Positions 17,539-27,053 are shown, counted from the first letter of the stretch. The stretch is 64,000 bases of DNA from Parcubacteria group bacterium (GCA_041659685.1 JBAZXV010000004.1:70355-134354); one strand, 5' to 3'. Notes: a model not told the origin generated them from the letters alone. Translations and numbers: made by a program.

Positions 17539-19146
17539 ATGAATACCCAAACCGACATCAAAATAGCAAATAAATTAAAATCGACTTCAAAAATTTTATC
17601 TTTTTTTGTTTTTTTAACCGGCCTTGCCGCGCTGATCGGATGGCAGTTTAACATCGAAATCCTCAAAAGAATATATCTAAATTTTCCCGTAATTGCTCCA
17701 AATACGGCCTTTTCTTTCATTCTGGTCGGTGCGGCTTTGTTATTTTTTTCATTGAATGGCAAGGCGGCCAGAAGAATCCAGCCGCTGTTTTTCTTTCTTT
17801 CTTTCATTGTGTTTCTTGTCGGACTGTTGACTTTAATTGAATACCTGATCGGACTGGACTTAAAGATCGATAAAACATTTTTTGCCCAAAAGATGGGAGA
17901 AAAAGTGGTGCGCATGTCGCCGCAGAGCGCGCTTAATTTTATCGCCGTTGGCTTGTCTCTTCTGTTCTTCTCCCGAAACACAAAGAGAGCGATAACCATA
18001 GGCCAGTCGATTATTATCCTGACCGGTTTTATCTCTTTGGTATCGCTTTTGGGTTTCGTTTACAATATATCCGCCCTGTACACGATTTCCACATATAAAG
18101 GAATGGCGGCTCATACGGCGGTTTCTTTTGTGGCAATCTTTGCCGGAATTCTGTTTTTGCGTCCGGAAGCGGGATTTATAAGAGTATTTTGCGGAAAGGA
18201 ACTGAGCGGCCATGTGTCAAGGAGGCTGTTTTTAATTTTGCTCTTTCTTCTTTTTTTGGAGGTTGTCGTCATGGATCTTCAAAGAATCGGGTTATATAAT
18301 TCTTCTTATGAATCGTTGATTCACCTGATTGTTGTTGCGACAATCTTCGCATATCTTATTTTTATTACGTTTCGGTCTCTCGACAAGCTAGCCGAAGCAG
18401 AACGGGATATTGCCCATGCGCGTGAAGTCGACAGAGCCAAGACGGAATTCGTCTCTCTTGCTTCTCATCAACTGAGAACACCACTGACATCTGTTTCATG
18501 GTTCACGGAAATGCTTCTTAATCAGGAGGTCGGGGGGCTTAATGAGAAACAAAGAGAGTATCTTTCTGAAATATACATTGGCAATCGAAGGATGATCGAT
18601 CTTGTAGATGACATATTAAACACGTCGCGAATTGATATGGGAACCCTGCTTGTTGATCCAAAGATTATTGATTTGAAAGAAATCATCGGAAGTGTTCTGG
18701 GAGAGCTCAATCCTTTGATCCGGAACAAGGAGATAAGCGTGGCTGAAAATTTCGAAAACGACCTTCCGAAAATAAAGGCCGATCCCGAACATATAAGGAT
18801 CGTTATGCAAAATCTGATATCAAACGCCCTAAAATATACCCCTCCAAAAGGAAAGATCGAGGTGACTTTAGTCAAAGAAAGCGGCAATGTCCTTATAAAA
18901 ATCAAGGATAACGGATATGGGATTCCAGAAGGCCAGCAAGGAAAAATATTCACAAAAATGTTCAGGGCTGATAATATACGGACAAAGGACACGGAAGGAA
19001 CCGGTCTGGGATTATATATTGCAAAAGCTATTGTGAAACAATCCGGAGGGCGGATCTGGTTCGAATCCGACGAAAAGAAAGGAACGATTTTTTATGTCAG
19101 CTTGCCAATAAACAAAGTTAACCGTAAAAATAATAAAAAATCTTAA
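17539..19146 (+). CDS. Sensor histidine kinase with an N-terminal ~8-TM membrane domain
   Basis: HisKA H-box (ASHQLRTPLTSV) plus HATPase_c N/G boxes (NLISNALKYT…GTGLGLYIAK). It overlaps the fba stop by 1 nt. Confidence 0.85.
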   Translation: MNTQTDIKIANKLKSTSKILSFFVFLTGLAALIGWQFNIEILKRIYLNFPVIAPNTAFSFILVGAALLFFSLNGKAARRIQPLFFFLSFIVFLVGLLTLIEYLIGLDLKIDKTFFAQKMGEKVVRMSPQSALNFIAVGLSLLFFSRNTKRAITIGQSIIILTGFISLVSLLGFVYNISALYTISTYKGMAAHTAVSFVAIFAGILFLRPEAGFIRVFCGKELSGHVSRRLFLILLFLLFLEVVVMDLQRIGLYNSSYESLIHLIVVATIFAYLIFITFRSLDKLAEAERDIAHAREVDRAKTEFVSLASHQLRTPLTSVSWFTEMLLNQEVGGLNEKQREYLSEIYIGNRRMIDLVDDILNTSRIDMGTLLVDPKIIDLKEIIGSVLGELNPLIRNKEISVAENFENDLPKIKADPEHIRIVMQNLISNALKYTPPKGKIEVTLVKESGNVLIKIKDNGYGIPEGQQGKIFTKMFRADNIRTKDTEGTGLGLYIAKAIVKQSGGRIWFESDEKKGTIFYVSLPINKVNRKNNKKS

Positions 19147-19169
19147 TTTCCTTAATCAGCAATAAAAAA

Positions 19170-19550
19170 ATGGATGACAAAAAAATTCTAATTATCGAGG
19201 ATGAGCTTCCGATGCTCAAGGCTCTCGCGGATAAGTTTTCGCGGGAAGGTTTTTCTGCGATTGAAGCCAGAAATGGAGAAGAGGGACTTAGGATAGCGCT
19301 CGAGACTAAGCCGGATCTCATTGTTCTTGATCTTATCATGCCGGTAATGGACGGGAAGGCGATGATGGAAAAACTTCGCCAAGATGAATGGGGAAAGAAA
19401 GTGCCGATTATAATTCTCACCAACCTCAACCCGGATGACAAGACTCTTAATGAAATTCTTGCCAGCGGCCCGGCCAATTATTTCATAAAATCGAAATGGA
19501 AACTTGAAGATTTGGTCGGAAAAGTGAAAAAAGAGCTGGGAGCGAAATAG
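19170..19550 (+). CDS. Response regulator, stand-alone receiver (CheY-like) domain
   Basis: 126 aa; …ILIIEDE…DLIVLDLIMP…K…; the phospho-acceptor Asp context is present and there is no output domain. Confidence 0.85.
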   Translation: MDDKKILIIEDELPMLKALADKFSREGFSAIEARNGEEGLRIALETKPDLIVLDLIMPVMDGKAMMEKLRQDEWGKKVPIIILTNLNPDDKTLNEILASGPANYFIKSKWKLEDLVGKVKKELGAK

Positions 19551-19624
19551 AGCTTTGCCAAGGCTTAGTCTTGGCAAAATCAAAAAGAGCAGGCTTATCC
19601 AAAAATTTAATGTTGGGAAATAGA

Positions 19625-19654
19625 AAAAGGGCAGATATAAGGATCTGTCCTTTT
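19625..19654. terminator. Bidirectional Rho-independent terminator (A-run / 8-bp stem / T-run)
   Basis: AAAAGGGCAGAT-ATAAGG-ATCTGTCCTTTT; it lies between the convergent genes at 19170-19550 and 19675-20220. Confidence 0.55.
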
Positions 19655-19674
19655 GTTTCTAAGATGAGTATATT

Positions 19675-20220
19675 TTAGAAAAATGACTTAAGTCTGATAA
19701 AACCGATTGCAATCAATCCTCCGGCGAGAGCCGTGAAAAGTTGCGGCCATTGCATCATGGCGATAAGGGGGCTTGCGACTTTCAGAAGCTGTGAAGTAAT
19801 TGCAAAGAGAACTAAAAACTTGATGAATGACGCGGAAATAACGCCTGCTAAAAGGTGTTTTTTGAAAACGTAAAAAGCGGAAACAAGGATAACGTTTGAT
19901 AAAATGATATACGGGATCAACATTGCCATGGGGGCGGGAAGAAGGCCGCGCATGAGAGCGACGGATGACGGCAAGATGGCGATCAAAAGCGTGTTGGCGA
20001 TTCCGACTCGCCAAACGGCGAGAAAAAGAATCGCATTCACGATTGTTCCGGTGATCCACTGATTATGGGGAGTATGGGCGAGAAGCGCCGGAAAAATAAC
20101 GGCAGCGGCAGTGAGGGTAAGGGTCCAGGCGACATCTTTGGCTTGATAGGTAGTAACCGGAAAAGACGCGGTAGTTGTTTTTTCTTGGGCGTTTTTCATT
20201 TTTTCTATCTCAAAACTCAA
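19675..20220 (-). CDS. Integral membrane protein (5-6 TM; possibly an ECF-transporter S-component-like substrate-binding subunit)
   Basis: 181 aa, hydrophobic and Trp-rich; no catalytic motif recognised. Confidence 0.35.
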   Translation of the reverse strand: MSFEIEKMKNAQEKTTTASFPVTTYQAKDVAWTLTLTAAAVIFPALLAHTPHNQWITGTIVNAILFLAVWRVGIANTLLIAILPSSVALMRGLLPAPMAMLIPYIILSNVILVSAFYVFKKHLLAGVISASFIKFLVLFAITSQLLKVASPLIAMMQWPQLFTALAGGLIAIGFIRLKSFF

Positions 20221-20227
20221 ATCTCAA

Positions 20228-20334
20228 ATTTCAAAGCCACAGCTCAAAGCTCAAAATTATGATTTTGAATTTTAAGTTGTAGTTTTGAGTTTTGAATTTT
20301 GCGCTTTGAGTTTTTTTAGGGTTATCTTAAGTAT
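20228..20334. repeat. Tandem CTCAAA(N) repeats forming a ~45-bp imperfect inverted repeat in a divergent promoter region
   Basis: CTCAAAACTCAAATCTCAAATTTCAAAGCCACAGCTCAAAGCTCAAAATT … AATTTTAAGTTGTAGTTTTGAGTTTTGAATTTTGCGCTTTGAGTTT. Confidence 0.5.
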
Positions 20335-20385
20335 TTCCATTATACATTATTTTTTATTTTACTGAAAATATGTTAAAATATTTAC

Positions 20386-20826
20386 ATGTCCATCCAAAAA
20401 ATACTGCTTCAATACGAACCGGAACCGGAAAATCTTTTGAGGGCGATAAAAGACATAAACAAAGAGCAAAAATACATAAGCGAAAAAGATTGCCGGGAAA
20501 TTTCAAAATATTTTTCCCTCCCTTTGGCGCGGGTTTTCAGCCTTGCCAGCTTCTTTGACTTGATAAAGTTTCATCCGGAGCGAAAGAAAATAATAAAGGT
20601 CTGCTCTGGCGGTCCATGCGTCATGGAAAGATCTCTTGAAATTATCCGTCAGATCGAAATGCTTCTCAAAATCGAAGCGGAAAACGATGCTTCTCCAAAA
20701 GTGAAGCTGGAAATCATGAGCTGTCAGGGTCTCTGCGATCGCGGACCTATCATGATGATAGACGATCAGGTGTTTGAAAAAGTGAAGCCGGAAATGGTGG
20801 ACGATATCATACTTAATTATCTGTGA
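20386..20826 (+). CDS. NuoE/HoxE-like thioredoxin-fold [2Fe-2S] ferredoxin subunit
   Basis: …VCSGGPCVMERS…MSCQGLCDRGPIMMID…; 4-Cys NuoE pattern. Confidence 0.8.
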   Translation: MSIQKILLQYEPEPENLLRAIKDINKEQKYISEKDCREISKYFSLPLARVFSLASFFDLIKFHPERKKIIKVCSGGPCVMERSLEIIRQIEMLLKIEAENDASPKVKLEIMSCQGLCDRGPIMMIDDQVFEKVKPEMVDDIILNYL

Positions 20827-20831
20827 GCCAG

Positions 20832-22088
20832 ATGCAAATAATCACAAAAAATTGGGACAAAATAGATCCGTTCAGGATTGAAGATTATATACAAGCCGGC
20901 GGCTATGCATCTCTCAGAAAGTCCATCCGGGAAATGGACCGGGAGGATGTTATTTTGCAAATAAAAGAATCGGGCCTGCGCGGCCGCGGCGGAGCCGGTT
21001 TTCCGACGGGAGAAAAATGGGAATACTCGGCAAAAACCAATTCGGATGCGAAATATATGATCTGCAATCTCGACGAATCGGAGCCGGGAGTTTATAAGGA
21101 CCGGATAATTGCAGAAAAGAATCCCCACCAAATTATCGAGGGACTCTTGATCGGAGCCTATGCAATCGGGGCGAAAAAAGCCTATATTTATCTGAATGGA
21201 CATTACAGGGAAGCGGCGGAAATATTGAAAATTGCTCTCGATCAGGCGCGCGATAAGGAATTTGTCGGAAAGGGAATAATGGGCAGCGCGGTCGACGTTG
21301 ATGTGGAAATATTCCAGGGTGCCGGAGCTTATATTTGCGGCGAAGAAACGGCGCTTATCAACACTATCGAAGGAAAAAGAGGGGAACCGAAACTCAAGCC
21401 TCCGTTTCCGCCCGTATGCGGACTTTTCGGTAAGCCGACGATTGTTAACAATGCGGAGACCTTGGCAAATGTTGCATATATAATCAAGCGAAGCGCGAAA
21501 ACATTTTCTCAAATCGGGCCGAATTCTTCTCCCGGGACAAAATTATTTCTGCTGGAAGGAGCGGTAAAAAACAAAGGAGTGGTGGAAGCGCCTCTTGGAA
21601 CAACCGCGGAAGAATTAATATTCAATTCCCTTTACGGAGGCGGAATGGTGAGCGGAAAGGAATTTTGGTTTGCGCAGATCGGCGGAGCTTCGGGACGCCT
21701 TATGCCGCGCGGAAAACTGGATCAGACGCTAACATATGGGAACTGCGAATATCCGATCGGAGCGGGTTCGATTTTGGTTGTGGATAAGATGGCGGATATT
21801 AAAGATTTTCTCTATTCCTGGGCTGGTTTTTTTCATCGGGAATCCTGCGGAAAATGCGTGCCTTGCCGCGAAGGAACATTCCGGCTTTGGGAAATAGCCA
21901 AAAGAATGAAAAACAACGATTTGCGCGAAAAAGACAGGGAAAACATCAAGGATATATTGTGGACGCTTTCCAATACGACTTTCTGTCCCCTGGGAAATTT
22001 TGCGGCGACGGCCTGGAGCGACGCAGTGAAGATGTTTGAGAAAGAAATATTTCCAAACACGAATAAAACGAATAATGACACGAATTGA
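20832..22088 (+). CDS. NuoF-like NAD(P)H-binding flavoprotein subunit (FMN, [4Fe-4S])
   Basis: …GLRGRGGAGFPTGEKWEY… (NADH/FMN site) and a C-terminal ESCGKCVPCREGT [4Fe-4S] motif. Its start overlaps the NuoE stop (GTG 20823 or ATG 20832). Confidence 0.82.
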   Translation: MQIITKNWDKIDPFRIEDYIQAGGYASLRKSIREMDREDVILQIKESGLRGRGGAGFPTGEKWEYSAKTNSDAKYMICNLDESEPGVYKDRIIAEKNPHQIIEGLLIGAYAIGAKKAYIYLNGHYREAAEILKIALDQARDKEFVGKGIMGSAVDVDVEIFQGAGAYICGEETALINTIEGKRGEPKLKPPFPPVCGLFGKPTIVNNAETLANVAYIIKRSAKTFSQIGPNSSPGTKLFLLEGAVKNKGVVEAPLGTTAEELIFNSLYGGGMVSGKEFWFAQIGGASGRLMPRGKLDQTLTYGNCEYPIGAGSILVVDKMADIKDFLYSWAGFFHRESCGKCVPCREGTFRLWEIAKRMKNNDLREKDRENIKDILWTLSNTTFCPLGNFAATAWSDAVKMFEKEIFPNTNKTNNDTN

Positions 22089-22141
22089 ACTAATGTTTTT
22101 TCGTTGTATTAGTGTTAATATTCGTTAAATTAGTGTTTATT

Positions 22142-23899
22142 ATGCAGATTAAAATCAACAATAAATCATATCCGGCTGACGAAGGGGAAACTATTCTTTC
22201 CGTCTGCAAGCGAAACGGAATTCGGATTCCGACTCTTTGCGCGCATCCGGATCTTCTCCCTTCCGAAGGCGTTTGCCGGATGTGCCTTGTGGAAACGAAT
22301 CAATCGAAGGGTCTGGTGCCGTCTTGCGCTCAAAAAGTTTGCGAAGGACTGGAAGTGCAGACGGAGACGGAAAACGTGAATAGAGCCAGAAAAATTAATC
22401 TGGAGCTTCTTTGGGCGGATCACGCGGGAAAGTGCGCTTCGTGCAAAAGAAACGGGCGTTGCGAGCTTCAAAACCTGGCTCAGATTTTCGATATTGAAGC
22501 TTTTAAGTTCACACCCCGAAGAAAAGAATTAAAAAGCAGGGATGAACTTGATTTACTGAAAGACAATTGGTCGCATGTGGCGGTTGATGAAAAAAATTCA
22601 TGCATTTCGCGCGATAGCGAGTATTGCATCGAATGCCGCCGGTGTATCCGGGTTTGCCGGGATATTCAAACGGTCGAGGCTTATGGATTCAATTACCGAA
22701 GCTCGCGGACAAATGTGGGAACGCCTCATGAAATTCCGCTCGACTGTATTTTTTGCGGGCAATGCAGCGCGGTTTGCCCCACGGCGGCGATAACCGAAAA
22801 AGATGAGACCGCCAAATTTGAAAAGGCGCTGGCTGATCCCGGAAAAATGGTGATAGTCCAAACCGCTCCGTCGGTGCGTTTCACTTTCTCAGAGGAGTTC
22901 GGGGAAAAGCCGGGAACGTTTTGGGAGGGAAAACTGGTTGCTTCTCTCAAGGAGCTTGGTTGCGACAAGGTCTTCGATACAGTTTTGGGAGCGGATCTTA
23001 CAATTATCGAAGAGGCAAACGAGCTTATCCGAAGAGTCAAAAAGGGAGGAAAGCTTCCGATGTTCACCAGCTGCTGTCCCTCCTGGGTCCTTTATGTCGA
23101 GAAATATTACCCGGAATTTATCCCTAATCTTTCGACCTGCAAATCTCCTCAGCAGATGCTCGCGCCTTTGATCAAGACCTACTATGCCAATAAAGAAAAA
23201 ATAAATCCGGAAAACATAGTTTCCGTTTCGATTATGCCATGCACGTCAAAAAAGTATGAAGCGGAGCGAAAAGAAATGAAGGCCAGCGGCTGTCAGGATG
23301 TCGATATTGTTCTCACGATACGGGAACTCGCCCGGTTAGTGAGAAAAAATAAAATAAATCCATCGAAACTCAAGGACAAAAAATTTGATCCGGCGCTCGG
23401 CATATCAACAGGAGCGGGAGTCATCTTTGGCGCCAGCGGGGGAGTGATGGAGGCGGCTCTTCGAACGGCGGTGGAAACCATATCCGGCGCGGAGCTAGCG
23501 AAGCTCGATTTTGAGGTCGTTCGAGGAGAAGAAGGAATCCGCTGCGCGGAAATCGAGATTGAAAATATGAAGCTTCGGGTGGCGGTGGCGCATGAGATCC
23601 GAAATGCGAAAAAAATTCTTGAGGATCTCAAGGCGGGAAAAGTTCACTATGATTTTATTGAAGTCATGGCCTGCCCGAACGGGTGCATAGGCGGCGGGGG
23701 CCAGCCAGTCCCGACATCCCCGGCGATTCGAAAAGCCCGCATAGAAAGCGTGATGTCCCGCGACAGAGGAATGCCGCTTCGAAAATCGCACGAAAATCCG
23801 TTAGTGAAAAAAATATACAAGGAATTTTTGGGAAAACCCGGAGGCGAAAAAGCGGAAGAAATGCTCCACACGAAATACATTAACCGAAAGAAAAAATAA
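22142..23899 (+). CDS. hydA: [FeFe]-hydrogenase catalytic subunit (HydA/HndD-type: N-terminal 2Fe-2S and 4Fe-4S ferredoxin domains plus the H-cluster domain)
   Basis: H-cluster signatures L1 (FTSCCPSWV), L2 (MPCTSKKYE) and L3 (EVMACPNGCIGGGGQP), plus N-terminal Cys clusters. Confidence 0.9.
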   Translation: MQIKINNKSYPADEGETILSVCKRNGIRIPTLCAHPDLLPSEGVCRMCLVETNQSKGLVPSCAQKVCEGLEVQTETENVNRARKINLELLWADHAGKCASCKRNGRCELQNLAQIFDIEAFKFTPRRKELKSRDELDLLKDNWSHVAVDEKNSCISRDSEYCIECRRCIRVCRDIQTVEAYGFNYRSSRTNVGTPHEIPLDCIFCGQCSAVCPTAAITEKDETAKFEKALADPGKMVIVQTAPSVRFTFSEEFGEKPGTFWEGKLVASLKELGCDKVFDTVLGADLTIIEEANELIRRVKKGGKLPMFTSCCPSWVLYVEKYYPEFIPNLSTCKSPQQMLAPLIKTYYANKEKINPENIVSVSIMPCTSKKYEAERKEMKASGCQDVDIVLTIRELARLVRKNKINPSKLKDKKFDPALGISTGAGVIFGASGGVMEAALRTAVETISGAELAKLDFEVVRGEEGIRCAEIEIENMKLRVAVAHEIRNAKKILEDLKAGKVHYDFIEVMACPNGCIGGGGQPVPTSPAIRKARIESVMSRDRGMPLRKSHENPLVKKIYKEFLGKPGGEKAEEMLHTKYINRKKK

Positions 23900-24003
23900 T
23901 ATTACATCAACAATAATTATGCCATAGTCCGTCCTCAATAATGTTTCATCTTCAGGCAGGCATAATTATAGAACAGAGATTTTTTTGATATTCTCCAAAA
24001 TTG

Positions 24004-24046
24004 AAATAGAGCAGTCGGCCGCGCGGGGTCAACTGCTCTATTTTTG
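24004..24046. terminator. Bidirectional terminator hairpin (12-bp perfect stem AAATAGAGCAGT / ACTGCTCTATTT, GC-rich loop)
   Basis: Lies between convergent hydA (+) and the HD-domain gene (-). A T-run follows on the + strand. Confidence 0.55.
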
Positions 24047-25852
24047 TTCGAATTCCCTCCTTCCCAGCTCTTCTTTTTGAAAGATTCGGAGTTTTTCCGC
24101 GGCTTCCGGCTGGATTTCGGTGTTCTCGAGGTAATGCAGAAACAACGCCTTTTCCAGGGTTACGATTGATTGGATATGCCCAGCTTCTTCAGGACAGGCC
24201 TCAGAATAGGGACAAATTTTCCCTTCCGGAGTCCGGACGAGAAAATGGGTGGCCGGCTTGATTCGGCCGCGAGTGTCCTCGATTGTGACAAAAAAGTTGC
24301 CATCCTTAATGATTTCGGCTTCTCTTTTTTTTGCAGCTTCGAGCGACGCAAAAGTTTCAGTAGTGATTCGGCCGAGGGCGTGAGAGGCATGAAAAGCAAA
24401 AGGAACGCCTGTGAATTTAGAAACGATCCCTTCCAGATCCCTATCCGTTATTTGATAAAGCAGGCTTCTGTTGATAAGTTTTTTGGCATAGAGATAGCTG
24501 AGAACGCATTTAGCCAGAATCGCTTCGAAAGAACGGGCGTAAGCGTTGAAATAGAAGTTTTTGCACATCAACGCGCGCCCATGCATTGCATCGCCCAATT
24601 TTTTTGGGTTAAGAAAGACAACTTCCTGGCCTACGATTTTAACCGAATCCCAAGCTGAATAGAGAGGTGGTTGAATACCGGATCTCCATTGGATTTCCCG
24701 ATAGTCTTCGGAGTAAATAAGCTTCATTCCCGTATCAAAACGGTTGAGGAAGATGCTTGTATCGCGGGATGAATAAGCTAATTTGTCCGCCACATCGAGA
24801 ATTTTCCCGCAGAGGCCCAAACCGCGGACGCTCTGAAAAATGATCTCCTCGATGAGGTTCAGCGACTCGCAAACCTTTTTCCATCCGGCTGAATACAACT
24901 TAATGTATTCGGGCAAATTTCTTTCCTCGCAAAAATAATCCGGGTCGATTATTTTTGTTCCGTCGCCCCCGGCCGGGGTGGCCAGATCATGAATGAGGGC
25001 GGCGACAGCGAGACTCTTGAAAAGCTTTTTTGGAAGAATGTGCCGGTTGTTATAGAGGATGAGGAGCATTATCACATATGTATCCATACTGTGAACAAAA
25101 CGCGTATGGATGAATCCTTGTGAGTAGGTCCGGCTCGGGTCCATTAAATTGGAAAGTTGCAGAATTCCCATAAGTCTTCTGAGATAAAGAACCTTGTCAA
25201 TAGCCGCGAAAAGTCCGTTATCGTTCAGTAGATAACTTATGCCGGTGAAGGGCAGGTTGGGAACAAGCCACGGCTGGTCAAAACGGTTTACCGCGCCTTT
25301 GGCCCGAAGATCTCCCCGGACGGCTTTGGGCATTTTTTTCATCCAGGCAGGCTCGTTAAGAGTTTTCAATCTTTTGTCCGAAAAGCCATCGTTATTAAGG
25401 CGAAAATATTCCCAATAGATTTCGCCAAGTCTCTCGAGAAACATCCGGAACAAGTTTCTTGCCGCGACTCTGATGTCCTCCTCATCCCATTCAAGCGACA
25501 GTTTATTTTGTTTAAACGCGCGAAAATGAGAGTCAAACTTGTCAATTGCCGGGATCAAAAAATGTAATTTTTCGATCTTCTCCGCCCAATATCTTAAGAA
25601 ATAGGGAAGATTGATGATGTCGGTAAACTTTTCATAACGGATTATCTGCTGAGGCATGAGCCACACGTCACCAATAGGGAGACAGCGGGTCATTTTAGTG
25701 AGATAATCGGCCGTAATCCACTCGGGATGATGCGGCATGATCCCGTCTCCTTTTCTGGGAATTTGGTTTGTGAATATTTTGCTGTCAAAGAGCAGCAATA
25801 ATCGATAATAGCGCAAAAATTCCCGTTTGTCCAGAAAAAAAGAAACTGCCAA
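24038..25852 (-). CDS. HD-domain phosphohydrolase, dGTPase/SAMHD1-like motifs, with a ~240-aa uncharacterised N-terminal region
   Basis: …TRFVHSMDT…(~35 aa)…ALIHDLATPAGGDG… parallels dGTPase RLTHSMEV…HDIGNPPFGH. 604 aa; an alternative start lies at ~25738. Confidence 0.55.
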   Translation of the reverse strand: MAVSFFLDKREFLRYYRLLLLFDSKIFTNQIPRKGDGIMPHHPEWITADYLTKMTRCLPIGDVWLMPQQIIRYEKFTDIINLPYFLRYWAEKIEKLHFLIPAIDKFDSHFRAFKQNKLSLEWDEEDIRVAARNLFRMFLERLGEIYWEYFRLNNDGFSDKRLKTLNEPAWMKKMPKAVRGDLRAKGAVNRFDQPWLVPNLPFTGISYLLNDNGLFAAIDKVLYLRRLMGILQLSNLMDPSRTYSQGFIHTRFVHSMDTYVIMLLILYNNRHILPKKLFKSLAVAALIHDLATPAGGDGTKIIDPDYFCEERNLPEYIKLYSAGWKKVCESLNLIEEIIFQSVRGLGLCGKILDVADKLAYSSRDTSIFLNRFDTGMKLIYSEDYREIQWRSGIQPPLYSAWDSVKIVGQEVVFLNPKKLGDAMHGRALMCKNFYFNAYARSFEAILAKCVLSYLYAKKLINRSLLYQITDRDLEGIVSKFTGVPFAFHASHALGRITTETFASLEAAKKREAEIIKDGNFFVTIEDTRGRIKPATHFLVRTPEGKICPYSEACPEEAGHIQSIVTLEKALFLHYLENTEIQPEAAEKLRIFQKEELGRREFEQK

Positions 25853-25889
25853 GAGGCAGCCGGATTAAGCGATAAACATAATATTTTCG

Positions 25890-26819
25890 CTATAATTGCC
25901 CTTCAATAGCCGCTCGGACGATTCCCTGGGTAATATTGTTGTTGCTCGGAAGTTCGAAATGGAGACCTGTTTTTTCTGCGATGAGAAGGACGTTGGCAAG
26001 GCCGATAACAGCGGCCGAAGCAAAGCCGGGAAGAGCCGGGGAAAGCTTCAGACGCTCCGCCTCGGTCATTTTTCTGTTCATTTCGTAATATTTTCGGGTT
26101 ACCGAAAGGTCAACCCGGAACGGATGGGATTTTGAATAGCGGTAAGGCTTCATCGGAATTCCAATGGCCTTATAAAAATCAATGACAGCGCTTGATCCGT
26201 GAAGGTAGGGAACATTTGGAGAAAATTTCACATCAAGATCCGAGATTTCATCTTGGATTGCCTTTTCGATATTGAAAATATCCTCATCCGAAAAAGGGTC
26301 GCTGGTTTGAAAGTTCTCTTTTAGGCGGAAGACGCCGATCTGGAGAAGCTTATGTCCACGCAGATTGTTTTTTGTCCCGAACATGAATTGAATGGAACCG
26401 CCTCCGATATCGATGGCGGCGATTTCCATATTTTCAGGAAAATCGGCTGTGATTCCTTTCCAATAAAGTTCGGCCTCTCGCTTTTGCGAAATGACGACCG
26501 GAAGGATCCCGACAGCTTCGGATATTTTTTTGAGAACCGCCTCCTTGTTTTTGGCTTTGCGGAGAGCTTCAGTGGAAATAATATGAATTTCGCAGGCTCC
26601 GTGGTGTTTGGCTTTCGAGAGGAAATTTTTAAGTGCTTTGATATTCTTTTCCAAGGGTTCGTCCAAAATGGTTTCAGAAGCGTCCAGCATTCCTTTTCCC
26701 GGGCAAGGCTCGATCCTTTCCTGATGCAGGATTCGGAATTCGCCGCTGTCCGCCGTTTCAACAATGAGCGATTTCACGCTTCCGGTTCCAAGGTCGATTA
26801 TGGCGAATTTTTTGGGCAT
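25890..26819 (-). CDS. Ppx/GppA family phosphatase (exopolyphosphatase / pppGpp phosphohydrolase-like)
   Basis: N-terminal MPKKFAIIDLGTGSVKSLI… and …EIAAIDIGGGSIQF… actin-like ATPase phosphate motifs typical of Ppx/GppA. Confidence 0.8.
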   Translation of the reverse strand: MPKKFAIIDLGTGSVKSLIVETADSGEFRILHQERIEPCPGKGMLDASETILDEPLEKNIKALKNFLSKAKHHGACEIHIISTEALRKAKNKEAVLKKISEAVGILPVVISQKREAELYWKGITADFPENMEIAAIDIGGGSIQFMFGTKNNLRGHKLLQIGVFRLKENFQTSDPFSDEDIFNIEKAIQDEISDLDVKFSPNVPYLHGSSAVIDFYKAIGIPMKPYRYSKSHPFRVDLSVTRKYYEMNRKMTEAERLKLSPALPGFASAAVIGLANVLLIAEKTGLHFELPSNNNITQGIVRAAIEGQL

Positions 26820-26970
26820 TTTTTCATACTACAGATAATTTTTCGCAATCTATTTTATATTCAAATGTTAGCAGGAAAGAATGGGAAATTCAATGAATTT
26901 TTTTTGCAAGTGCTTTTCTTCAGCATAAAATGGGCGAATTGAGCTTCTGAATTACGTCGCCTAATATTTT

Positions 26971-26999
26971 TTGACAAGAGTATTTATTATGTTATGATA
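26971..26999 (+). promoter_or_regulatory. Sigma70-type promoter candidate (TTGACA-N16/17-TATGAT) for the GC-rich gene at 27054
   Basis: TTGACAagagtatttattatgtTATGATaat lies ~55 nt upstream of the GGAGGAGG Shine-Dalgarno and the ATG. Confidence 0.45.
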
Positions 27000-27053
27000 A
27001 TTAACCGCTCTTAGCGGAGTTGTTTAATTTCATTTCTTAGCACGGAGGAGGAT

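Noticed and set aside
16908-17999. 363-aa minus-strand ORF antisense to fba and the 5' part of the histidine kinase gene
   Set aside because: It lies entirely within well-supported sense genes, has low-complexity composition and carries no recognisable domain. It is a typical antisense artefact in AT-rich DNA.
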